62,204 bases of DNA from Chiloscyllium plagiosum. Its lineage: Eukaryota. Position numbers and translations under genes: made by a program. Positions 12,020 through 23,274 of this stretch are shown in pieces. The notes under the pieces are model-generated. The model made no database searches, was not told where the DNA came from, and worked only from the letters and a program-made list of their open reading frames with translations. The stretch is from NCBI RefSeq assembly GCF_004010195.1, contig NC_057755.1, positions 4,586,859 through 4,649,062 on the forward strand. The letters are read 5' to 3'. Numbering within the stretch: position 1 is the stretch's first letter; each line of letters starts with the position of its first letter.

Positions 12020-12275
12020 GAATCTTTACAGTGTGGAAGTGGGCCATTCAGCCCATCAAGTCCCACTCAGATCCACCCCGTAACCCCTCATTTCCCATGG
12101 CAAACCCACCTCACTCACATATCCCCAGACACTACAGGGCAATTTCCCATGGCCAATCCACCCTAATCTGCACATCCCTGGGCACTATGGGACAGTTTCC
12201 CATGACCAATCCACCCTAATCTGCACCTCCCTGGGCACTATGGGACAATTTACCATGGCCAATCCACCCTAACCT
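12020..12275 (-). repeat. SINE tail plus 53-bp SINE-derived tandem units
   Basis: ctgcacatccctgggcactatgggacaatttcccatggccaatccacccta units. Confidence 0.85.
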
Positions 12276-13394
12276 AGTCAGCAAAATTAGGGCGCATGGT
12301 ATTGGGGGCAAAGTACTAACTTGGATTGAAAGTTGGTTGGCTGATGGGAAACTCCATTTAGGAATGGCAGGCAGTGACCAGTGGGGTCCCGCAGGGATCA
12401 TGCTGGGACCGCAGCTTTTTATAATATATATTAATGATATAGAAGATGGTATTAGTAATAACATTAGCAAATTTGCTGATGATACTAAGCTGGGTGGCAG
12501 GGTGAAATGTGAGGAGGATGTTTGGAGATTACAGGCTGACCTGGACAGGTTAGGTGAGTGGTCAGATGCATGGCAAATGCAGTTTAATGTGGATAAATGA
12601 ATGGTTATCCACTTTGGTGGCAAGAACAGGAAGGCAGACTACTATCTAAATGGAATCAATTTAGGTAAAGGGGCAGTACAGAGAAATCTGGGTGTTCTTG
12701 TACACCAGTCAATGAAGGTAAGCATGCAGGTACAGCAGGTAGTGAAGAAGGCTAATAGTATGCTGGCCTTCATAACAAGAGGGATTGAGTATAGAAGCAA
12801 AGAGGTTCTTCTGCAGCTGTACAGGGCCCTGGTGAGACCACACCTGGAGTACTGTGTGCAGTTCTGGTCTCCAAATTTGAGGAAAGACATTCTGGCTATT
12901 GAGGGAGTGCAGTGTGGGTTCACGAGGTCAATTCCTGGAATGGCGGGACTACCTTACACTGAAAGACTAGAGCGACTGGACTTGTATACCCTTGAGATTA
13001 GAAGACTGAGAGGGGATATGATTGAGAGGGGATAAGATTATTAAAGAATTGGACACTCTGGAGGCAGGAAACATGTTTCCGCTGATGGGTGAGTCCCGAA
13101 CCAGAGGACACAGCTTAAAAATAAGGGGTAGACCATTTAGGACGGAGATGAGGAGAAACTTCTTCACCCAGAGAGTGGTGGCTGTGTGGAATGCTCTGCC
13201 CCAGAGGACAGTGGAGGCCCAGTCTCTGGATTCATTTAAGAAATAGTTGGATAGAGCTCTCAAGGATAGTGGAATCAAGGGTTATGGAGATAAGGCAGGA
13301 ACAGGATACTGATTAAGGATGATCAGCCATGATCATATTGAATGGTGGTGCAGGCTCGAAGGGCAGAATGGCCTACTCCTGCACCTATTGTCTA
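12276..13394 (+). mobile_element. 5'-truncated, fairly young CR1 LINE (RT C-terminal half plus 3' UTR), disrupted
   Basis: LFIIYIND...SKFADDTKLGG...ALVRPHLEYCVQFWSP...RRNFFTQRVV with a few frameshifts; inserted inside a 53-bp array. Confidence 0.95.
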
Positions 13395-13548
13395 TCCCTG
13401 GACACGATGGGACAATTTCCCACAGCCAATCCACCCTAATCCGCACATCCCTGGGCACTATGAGACAATTTAGCATGGCCAATCCACCCTAACTTGCACA
13501 TCCCTGGGCACTATGAGACAATTTAGGATGGTCAATCCACCATAACCT
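13395..13548 (-). repeat. 53-bp SINE-derived tandem units (continuation after the LINE)
   Basis: Same unit as 12090-12275. Confidence 0.85.
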
Positions 13549-14157
13549 CAGATGTACAGCACGGAAATAGACCCTTTGGTCCAACTCGTCCGTGCCAACC
13601 AGATGTCCCAACCCAATCTAGTCCCGCCTGCCAGCACCCGGCCCATATCCCTCCAAACCCTTCCTATTCATATACCCATCCAAATGCCTCTTAAATGTTG
13701 CAATTGTACCAGCCTGCACCACTTCCTCTGGCAGCTCATTCCATACACGCACCACCCTCTGGGTGAAAAAGCTGCCCCTTTGGTTCCTTTTATATCTTTC
13801 CCCTCTCACCATAAACCTATGCCCCTCTAGTTCTGGACACCCATACCCCAGGGAAAAGACTTTGTCTATTTACCCTATCCATGCCCCTCATGATTTTGTA
13901 AATCTCTATAAGGTCACCCCTCAACCTCTGACGATCCAGGGAAAACAGCCCCAGCCTATTCAGCCTCTCCCTGTAGCTCAAATCCTCCAACCCTGGTAAC
14001 ATCCTTGTAAATCTTTTCTGAGTCCTTTCAAGTTTCACATGAAACTTTCTACACCAAGGAGAGTAGAAGTGAATGCAATATTCCAACAGTGGCCTAACCA
14101 ATGTCCTGTACAGCCGCAACATGACCTCCCAACCCCTGTACTCAATACTCTGACCAA
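13549..14157 (-). mobile_element. CR1 LINE 3' fragment
   Basis: LYRTLVRPLLEYC...RLRGDLIEIYKIMRG and FFTQRVVRVWNELP. Confidence 0.93.
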
Positions 14158-14606
14158 TCCCTGGGCACTATGGGACAATTTAACATGGCCAATCCACCCA
14201 TAAGACCATAAGACCATAAGACATAGGAGTGGAAGTAAGGCCATTCGGCCCATCAAGTCCACTCCGCCATTCAATCATGGCTGATGCGCATGGTCTTAAC
14301 CTGCACATCCCTGGACACTATGGGACAATTTAACATGGCCAATCCACCCTAACCTGCACATCCCGGGGCACTATGGGACAATTTCCCACGGCCAATCCAC
14401 ACTAACCTACACATCCCTGGGCACTATGGGACAATTTAGCATGGCCAATCCACCCTAACCTGCACATCTTTGGACTGTGGGAGCAAACTGGTGCACCCGG
14501 AGGAAACCCATGCAGACAAGGGGAGAATGTGCAAACTCAACACAGACAGTTGCCCGAGGCTGGAATTGAACCCAGGTCCCTGGTGCTGGGAGGCAGCAGT
14601 GCTAAC
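14158..14606 (-). mobile_element. tRNA-headed V-domain SINE (HE1-like) with expanded 53-bp units and a short embedded CR1 tail (14198-14297)
   Basis: The minus strand reads GGCAGCACAGTGGCTCAGTGGTTAGCACTGCTG...GGGTTCAATTCC, then TTTGCACATTCTCCCC...GGGTTTCCTCCGGGTG. Confidence 0.9.
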
Positions 14607-15384
14607 CACTGAGCCACTGTGCTGCCCTTTTGATTGTGTGATCAATAGTTTGGTTAATGGGTAGGCTTTCAACAGCACCGTGGAGGGAGAGAACGGGAGA
14701 GAGGGAGACATGTGGTTTCAGGAGAAAATCCCAGGGCCTTGGGTCAGGCTAAAGATGCTAGAGTGACTGGTGATGTCTTTAATGTTGCAGATACTTCATT
14801 GTCAAACCTGGACAAGCTGAAGTCTAAGGACTGTCAGACTGTAGGTGGTCATACTGAGGGGTAAGATAGGATTCTCCAGAACAAGTGCTCACGTTAAACG
14901 ATGAGATGAGGTAAACCCATGTGCTTGACCCCAGTTTCGAGCAATGCAAAGACTGGCATTCACAAGTTCCTTCAGTGGAGAAGGACATCTCCGAGGGAGA
15001 AAATGGATGCCTCGCCAAAAGGAGACATTAGTGAGAGAAACAAAACCCTTGGTCAACGATGTGGATCGAGAGCAATATTTTACAGTAGGAACTGGAGCTG
15101 GAGAGTCAGAAGGTTGAGAGATAGAATGTGGATCCTGAAGGAGAGGGCTGATAGAACACAGGACTTTGGATGAGCTTCAGGACAAAAGGCAGGGTCAGAG
15201 TGTGGAGATACTGTGGTCAGTAAGCGACCTGTTGACTCCTCAAAGTACGTCCACCAGCACAAGTCAGAAGTGTGATGGAAGACTCCCCACTTGCCTGGAT
15301 GGGTGCAGCTCCAACAACACTCAAGAACTTCGACACCATCCAGGAGAAAGGAGCCCGCTAGATCAGGATCTGCTCCAAAATCTG

Positions 15385-15555
15385 GAAGCTCGTGGATACC
15401 GTTGTGATACCTGCAGGAAGTGGGTGAAATTCGAGCAGCTGCAGCTCAGAGTTTATGAGCTGGAGGCTAAACTACAGACACGGCGATGTTTCAGGGAGGG
15501 AGAATGTCACCTGCATTCTATGTACCAGGAGGCAGTCACACCTCTGAGGACAGAG
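15385..15555 (+). mobile_element. CR1 ORF1 N-terminal fragment (CxxC plus leucine zipper)
   Basis: CDTCRKW...LQLRVYELEAKLQT..FREGE..L.SMYQEAVTPLR is typical of CR1 ORF1. Confidence 0.7.
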
Positions 15556-15924
15556 TGTCCTGTTGGTGTGACATGGTGGCTCAGTGGTTAGCACTGCTGC
15601 CTGACAGCACTTGATCCTGGAAATAGTAAGAATTAAAAGAGAGGGAAGAACAATTACCAGGAAAGCAGGAACTGAGTAAATTGCTGGCATTGCAAGTTGA
15701 CAAATCCTGGGTTTGGATGGATTTCATCAGAGGGTCTTAAAAGAAGCAGCAGGTAAGGTAGTTGATGTGTTTGTTCTAATTTTTCAAATTCATTAAATTT
15801 GGGAAGGTTCCTTTAAATTGGAAACTAGCTTATGTTGTTCCTTTTTTGCAACAAGGGAGGGAGACAGAGGGCAGGAAATTAGGCTGCTTAGTTGAATGTG
15901 TTATTGGGAAAATACAAAACAAGG

Positions 15925-18075
15925 CCCTATGGTCCACTCAGCCATGCGCCAATTCCTAATCCTTATTTACATCTGCTACTTCTTTCCCATATTCTGTTTT
16001 TATCCCTCTGTTTGCCTCCTGTTCATGTCTCTATCACCCTCTCCAATGGCACAGTGTTCCAGGCACCCACTACCCTCTGTGTGAAAGATTTTCCTCACCA
16101 CCTCTCCTGTAAACTTTCCCTGTCATCTTGAACCTGTGCATTCTTGCAATTGACCTTTCCACCCTGGGAAAAAGCCTCTGACCATCCACCCTCATATTTT
16201 GTAGACCTCTATCAGGGATCACCCCCTAAACCACCATCGTTCCAGAGTTTATCCAACCTCTCCTCAATAGTAAAACCCTCCAGACCAGGCAATATCCTGG
16301 TAAACCTTCTCCAAAGCATCCACAACCTTCTGGGAGCGTGGCGAGCAGAACAACATGTAATATTCCAAATGTGGCTGAACTAAAGTTTTATACAGCCATC
16401 ACATGGCTGCCAGCTTTTATATTCAATGCCCTGACCGATGAGGCAAGTGTGCTGTCTGCCTTCTTGAACACCTTTTCTACCTGTGTTGCCACTCTCAGGG
16501 ATCTGTGGACCTGTATGTCCAGATCCCTGTGTATGTCAATGCTCCTAAAGGTTCTGACATTTCTTGTATAATTTGTACCTGATTTTGATATTCCAAAATG
16601 CATTACCTCACATTTTTCCGGATTAAACTCTAGCTACGATTCATCTGCCCAAATCTGCAATCGATATTCCCGCTGTGTCCTTTTACAATCCTCCTCACGA
16701 TCTCCATCTCCGCCAATTTTGGTGGATACTTATTAATCAGACCATCTACATTGTCCTCTGGATCATTTATACATTACAAACAACAAAAGTCCCAGCACTG
16801 GGGTCCCTGTGGAACACCACCAGTTACTAGTCTCCATTCTGAAACACATTCATCCACCGCTACTCTCTGTCTTCCACGACCAAGCCAGTTTTGTATCTAT
16901 CTAAGATATCATGAGACTCTACCTTTTATACCAGCCTTCCATGAGGTACCTTATCAATTACCTGACTAAAATTCCATGTAGACAACATGCACTGCCCTTC
17001 CATCATCAATCATTCTTTGTCCCTCCTCAAAAAACTCAATCAAGTTGATGAGACATGACCTTCCCCACACAAACCCGTCCTGCTTACCAACTAACAATTC
17101 CATTTGCTTCTGAATGGAAAAACATCCTGTCTCCCATTATCTTTGCCAACGGTTTCCCCACCACTGACATCAGACTCACTGGCTTGTCATTCCCTGGATT
17201 ATCTCTGCTTCCCTCTTAAACAAAGGAACAACGTTGGTCATTCTCCAGTCCTCTGGATCCTCACCTGAGGCCAAAGAGGATGCAAAGCTATCTGTTAAGG
17301 CCCCAACTATTTCGTTTCGTAATCCCACAGTATCCTGTGATTGATCCCGTCTGGCCTTGGGGACCTGCTGACCTTAATGCTTTCAAGACATCCAACACTT
17401 CCTCTTTCATTACATCGGAGTATTCACACACCCTTCCCTAACCTCAACATCTTTCACGTCCCTCTCCTTGGTGAATACCGATGTAAAATAATCATTAAGG
17501 ATCTTGCTCATTTCTTCTGGCTCCACACACAACCTCCCTCCTCGATCCTTACGTAGGCCTATCCTTTCCCGAGCTATCCTCTTGCTCCTAATATATGTAT
17601 AAAATGCTTCAGGATTCTCCCAAACTTGCTAGCCAAGGATATTTCATAGCCCATTTTAGCCCTCTCAACTTGCTGTTCGAGCCCCTTCCTATTTTCTCTA
17701 TATTCTTCAAAGGACTTTGCCTGTTTCTGGTTGCCAAGACCTTAGGTATGCTTCCTTTTTCTTTTGACTAAGTTGATGACTTCCCCTGTCATCCGAGGTT
17801 TCTGAATCCTATTGTTCATTTTCACAGGAACATGCCTGTCCTGCATTCTAATCAACTGGTCTTCAAAAGACCCCGACGTGTCAGATGTAGATTTACCCTC
17901 AAACAGCTGGTGCCAATCCACATTCTCCAATTCTTGTCTAATTCAGTTAGAGTTGGCCTTCCCCCCAATTTAACACCTTCATCCAAGGTTCACTCTAGTC
18001 CTTATCCTTTGGTCTCTGAAAATTTATGGAATTATGGTCACTATTACCAAAATGCTCACCCACTGAAACTTCGAC
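15925..18075 (-). mobile_element. CR1 LINE fragment nested in the opposite orientation
   Basis: Remnants DLDIQVHRSLRVATQVEKVFKKA and VDWHQLFEGKS. Confidence 0.8.
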
Positions 18076-18189
18076 GTTAGAAAATATTAGAAGTAATTAT
18101 TAAAGACATGAAAACAGAGCACTCGGATACGTTCAATGTAATCACGCAGAATTGGCGTGGGTTTGTTAAAGGGAGATCATGTTTAACTA

Positions 18190-18404
18190 CAGGTAGTTTG
18201 TCTATAACACAATGGTTGTGTTGTTCTGCAACCCTGCTTATAGAAAAATTGCGCATTAGAAACAGCCCTTAGTATTGGCAACGTAATCGTATTACAGTCA
18301 GTACACTTTTTTAAAAATCACGCTTTAGAAACAGGGTCCTCAAATTCATCAATCGCTTTACAGTGAATTTGTGTTAACAAAACACGTTATAGCAGAACGA
18401 CCTG
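18190..18404. mobile_element. Tc1/mariner-type (pogo/Tigger-like) MITE
   Basis: TA|CAGGTAGTTTGTCTATAAC...GTTATAGCAGAACGACCTG|TA: imperfect terminal inverted repeats with a TA duplication. Confidence 0.8.
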
Positions 18405-18409
18405 TAATT

Positions 18410-18820
18410 TAAGTTGAGAGGTGACCTTATAGAGGTTTATAAAATCGAGAAGTATGGAGAGGCTTAATGGTATCTGTCTTTTCACTAGGATAGGGGATTT
18501 CAAGACTAGGAGGCATATTTTTAAAGGTGAGAGGAGAGAGATTCAAAAGAGACATGAGGGACAAACTATCTTCTTTACAAAGGGTGGTTCGTGTGTTAAA
18601 ATGAACTTCCTGAGGAAGTGGTGGATGTGGCCGCAATTGTGTTTCAAAGGCATTTGGATAAATACATGAGCAGGAAAGGTTTGGAGGGACATGGGTGGGG
18701 AGCAGGAAAGGTTTGGAGGGACATGGGTGGGGAGCAGGCAGGTGAGACTCATTTAGTTTGGGATTATGTTCGGCATGGACTGTTGGACCGAAGGGTCTGT
18801 TTCCCTGATGTAGGACTCTA
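18410..18820 (+). mobile_element. CR1 3' fragment nested in the older LINE
   Basis: LRGDLIEVYK remnant and 3' UTR, with an internal ~31 bp duplication at 18668-18737. Confidence 0.8.
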
Positions 18821-20615
18821 AGCAACGTGTGCTATAGATAAAGGGGAACCAGTGGATATATAATATTTGGCTTTCCAAAAGGTATTTGATAAGGTGCCAC
18901 ATAAAAGGTCATTGCAAAAAAATAAAAAAATCCTGCAAATGGTAACATATTGGCATGAATAATTGGCTGATTAACAAGAAGCAAAGAGAAGGAATAAATG
19001 GGTTATTTTCAGGCTGACAGGATGTCACGAGTGGGGCCTCAACTCTTCACAATTTACAGAAATTATTTGGATGCAGGGACTGAAGCTATGTTAGCTAAAT
19101 TTACTGATAACACAAAGATAGGTAGTAAATGAGTTGTGAGAAGGACATAAGAACTCTATAAAGGAACATAGATAGTGGGCAAATATCTGGCAAGTGGAAC
19201 ACAGTGTGGGCAAGTCGGAAATTGTCCATTTTAGCAGAAAGAATAAAAAAAGCATATTATCTAGATTATGAGAGGTTGCAGAGGTCTGAGATGCAGAGAG
19301 ATCTGGGTATCCTAGTGCACTAATTGTAAAAGGTTAGTATGCAGGTCTCGCAAGTAATCAAGAAGGTCAATAGAATGCTATGATTTCTTGTGAATTACAT
19401 GAAAGCGTAGTAAGGTTATGCTACAATTACACAGGGCATCGGTGAGACCACATCTGGGAGTACTGTGCACAATACTGGGCACTATACTCACAAGGACGTG
19501 AACGCATTGGAAGCAGTTCAGAGAAGGTTCACAGGGTCACTGGACTCAAAACATTAAACTCTGCTTCTTCTCTCTCCAGATGCGCCAGACCTGAGTTTTT
19601 CCATCACTTTTTTGTTTCATTTCAGCTCTCCAGCATCTGCAGTTCTTTGTTTTATATAAATAGATTAATACTTGGAATGAGCAGATTGTCTTATGATGGA
19701 GGTCTAGGCCTATTCTTTCAGATGTTTACAAGAGTCAGTGGTGACTTCATTGAAACATAACAGATCCTAAATAGACTTGACCAGGTTGGTGAAGAAAGGA
19801 TGTTTCCTCATGTGGGAGAAACTAGAACTGAGGTAAGAATTTAATATTAATGGGTCACCCATATGATAGCGATGAGGAAATATTTTTCCTCTCAAGTGGT
19901 TGAGAGTTTTTGGAATTCTCTTCCTCAAGAAGCAGTAGATGCAGGATCTTTAAATACTTTTAGGGCAGAGGTGGAGAGATTTATCGTGACCAAGGGGGAG
20001 AGAAATTATTGGAGATATGCAGAGTTAAGATTAAAAGCAGATCAGCCCATGATGTTATCGAATGTCACATCAGATTCAAATGGTCTACTCCTGTTCCTTG
20101 TTCACCTGCCCATCGCAGTAACCCACCTCACACCCTCAGCATTCACTCCCTCAAACAGCAATGCCATCACGTGTACCAATAACAAGATACACTGCAATGA
20201 TCCACCATGACCCTTACCACAGCATTTTCTAAACCAGTAACTTGCTTCACCTAAAAGGACAAGGGCAGCAGGAACATTGGAGCACCATCATCCTTTTGGA
20301 GCCAAACACCATCCTGACTTGGAACTATATCACCATCCCTTTACCGTCCTTGGGATAAAACCCTGGAAGTCCCTTTCTGAAAACACTACACTGCAGCAGG
20401 TAACCACCACCATCTCAAGGGCTAGTAGGGATCAATTTGATAAGCCTTAAGGACAAACTCATATATATCACCCGATAAGTCATTGTGTTTACATAAATCC
20501 AGGAAAAGATATTTTAGCTTGCTTTTGGATCAATTTGGACATGCTGAGCAGCATGTCCAATGGACACTTATTTTGACCTGTCATTAAGAATGGCATGTAT
20601 TATATTGATACCAAG

Positions 20616-20680
20616 GGTGGCACAGTGGCTCAGTGGTTAGCATTGCTGCCTCACAGCGCTAGGGATCCGGTTTCGATGCC
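20616..20680 (+). mobile_element. SINE tRNA-like head
   Basis: ggcacagtggctcagtggttagcattgctgcctcacagcgctagggatccggtttcgat. Confidence 0.8.
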
Positions 20681-20952
20681 TTCAAGGATTCACTGTCTTC
20701 TGGAAGACACTGTTTCCTGCTGGGATAGCTTGGACTAGTGGAGTTCAAACTCAGGAGTAGCAACATGAGTGGTGCCCACCACTAACAGAATGATGCTGTC
20801 AAGCCAAAGTGATATCCTGCTATCTCAAAAATAAGTAATGTGCTCTATGAATTTTAGTGCCAGTGAGATGCCAGGTATGTTGGCAGCATGCCCCAAAGAC
20901 TGGTTGTACTACATGGCCCTCTGGTGTTCACCACAATCAAGATACTGACTAT

Positions 20953-21117
20953 GAAAAAGTGAGGACTGCAGATGCTGGAGATCAGAGTCGAGAGTGTAGT
21001 GCTGGAAAAGCACAGCAGGTCAGGCAGCATCCGAGGAAGCATTCCTGATGAAGGGCTCATGCCCGAAACGTTGATTCTCCTGCTCCTCGGATGCTGCCTG
21101 ACCTTGCTGTGCTTCTT
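20953..21117. mobile_element. Short Penelope-derived fold-back element with a hammerhead-like core and 14-bp target-site duplication
   Basis: aagatactgactat at 20939-20952 and 21118-21131; inverted arms; CTGATGA-GGGC/GCCC-GAAA at 21045-21068. Confidence 0.75.
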
Positions 21118-23274
21118 AAGATACTGACTATACCCAACAAGCCCACAGTCGCAAAACTATATCTAACACGGAGATGTTTCTGCAATCAGACAATATTTGC
21201 TGGACAACCTTAAACATGTAAGGAAGTATGCTGACAATCTATACAGTACTCAGTTGGACTCTCAGTGTGGTGCACAAGAAACTACATACATTAGTACGCA
21301 GGGCCCTGTTTTTTGCAGACTTTTACTTACCCTGTACCAGTTTCAACTTACAAAAAACAGACAGCCATTCGCTGTCTCCTTTCTCAGGGCAATGTCTTGA
21401 TCAGAGCCAACCTGCCTTGTTTAAAATTTAAACAAAGTTTGCTCTCAACCAATCAGTATTAACGGCTGTATTATCCATGGCAACACCTCTAACAGAGTCC
21501 ACTTGCCAACTAATCGATATTCTCTCATGCAGTAAAAATGTTGGTTTATTCCTCAAATTTGTATCCTTGCAAGATGGCTTAATAAGTGCAAAGCAAAACG
21601 CTCCAACAAAAAATGCCGTATATGATCACTGTTCCCTAAACATATCCCTCCTGACACCTGATTCATCTCATTCTACAGAACCACATCCAGCAATGCCTCT
21701 CTGACTCGAGATCAGAAAAATACTGATCCACAAAACTCTCCTGAAAACACTTGAAACTCGTTAGCCTTTGCATAACTACCATTTTAGTGTAATTAAAACC
21801 CCCGGTTATCACCATTCTATATTCTTTGAACCCCTTTGAAATTTTCTTGCAGGTTTGGTCTTCTGCACCTTTCCTATGGCCCAAGAATAACTCTAGCAGT
21901 GCAAACAAATGGCTTCTTTTTAATCTCTAAACAAACAGAATGCTCAGAAACAAAATCTCTCTCTCCTGTACTATAATATTCTCCATAATCCACAGCATCA
22001 TCTCTCCCTCTTTCTTTCCAGCCTTACCTTTCCTGAAAACATTAATAAATAGAATTTTTAGAACATTTTTGAGCTAGGTCTCCATTATCACCAAGACATC
22101 GCTTTGTCATCTAGCTACTTACATTGACAGCTTACCATACTTGGTTCTAACCTTTTGTGTTTGCATATAAACCTAACATTAGACTCTATCAATAGATATC
22201 ATTGCCATCCCTCTTACTCTGATCCCTATCTAATCCTTTACCAATTCTTACTCTACTCCCAACTGTCTGTCACAAATCTCTTGTTCACCTTGTTTTCATT
22301 TTGGGGTACACCCAGTCAAGACTGACCCCACTGTTACAATATTAGTATGTAATAGACCTATAATCATTGTCCACCATCTTTCCAGCCAACCATTCATCCC
22401 TTCTGTTCCTTTCTTTTTATACTTTATTAGTGGCTGGCAGCATCTACACTGTGAAGCCTCTACGAATCTTATATGCTTTGCTGAGATCATCCCATCTTTT
22501 TTCCGAAATCCATTCTACACAAATCACTTCTTATTGATTTTCTAGGTTCTACCTGGTCAATCCTGGTTGCAGACTCTCTCTTGGTTAGCTAGGGTATGGA
22601 AAAGGAAAGAATTTCATATTCCAAGTGTGATTTCACCAAAGTTCAATATAATTCCAGCAAAACTTACTTTCTCGGAAATTCAAGCCTCTTACAATAAAGA
22701 GTAATATGCCATTTGTTTGTTCATTGCCTTGTGTACCTGCATGTTAACTTTCTGTGATCTCAGCAAAATTTCCCTGATCACCATTATATAAATTTGGTTT
22801 CTTCATTCTTTCTACAAAATTAATAAAGCCACATTCCCCACATCATATTCAATTTACCAACTTTTTTACATCTTCCTCAGAGCTTACCTACCCAGCTGGC
22901 TTTGCATAATAAGCAAGTTTATTGTTAAATATGTTTATTGTTACTTAACCACTGAATCAGGATTTTACTCTCCCATTAAACCTTTGTGATTCCCTGAATC
23001 ACCAGAGAGGTGGCACAGCGTATAAAGCCAAGAGTGTTAGGGTCGTTAGCTCAACACATTTGCTCACCATTCAATTGCAATATGATTGATCTGTATCTAA
23101 ATCCATCTCCTTACTTTGGTTACATGCACCTTAACATCCTGACCAAACACATACCTATAAATCTTACTCTATTTTGCTACCAAAAAAGAAACAATTAAGT
23201 ATTACCTTGCATTCACCTTTAAAACAATTGGATTTCACAGGTTTCAAAGCAGTCATCCGCAAGATATTAATATT

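Larger units (their letters stand above)
15680..20105 (+). mobile_element. Old CR1 LINE split by nested insertions (pieces ~15680-15915, 18078-18189, 18820-20105)
   Basis: Collinear RT remnants: PG.DGFH..VLKE, HGFVKG.SC, DF.KAFDKVPH, FTDNTKIG and the 3' UTR. Confidence 0.75.

Noticed and set aside
12337..13246. RT-like ORFs as a functional gene
   Set aside because: This is a 5'-truncated, frameshifted CR1 copy lacking the endonuclease and the N-terminal part of RT.
20616..20680. tRNA gene-like sequence (also near 14560-14605, 15572 and 35775)
   Set aside because: These are SINE heads with A/B boxes and no complete cloverleaf.
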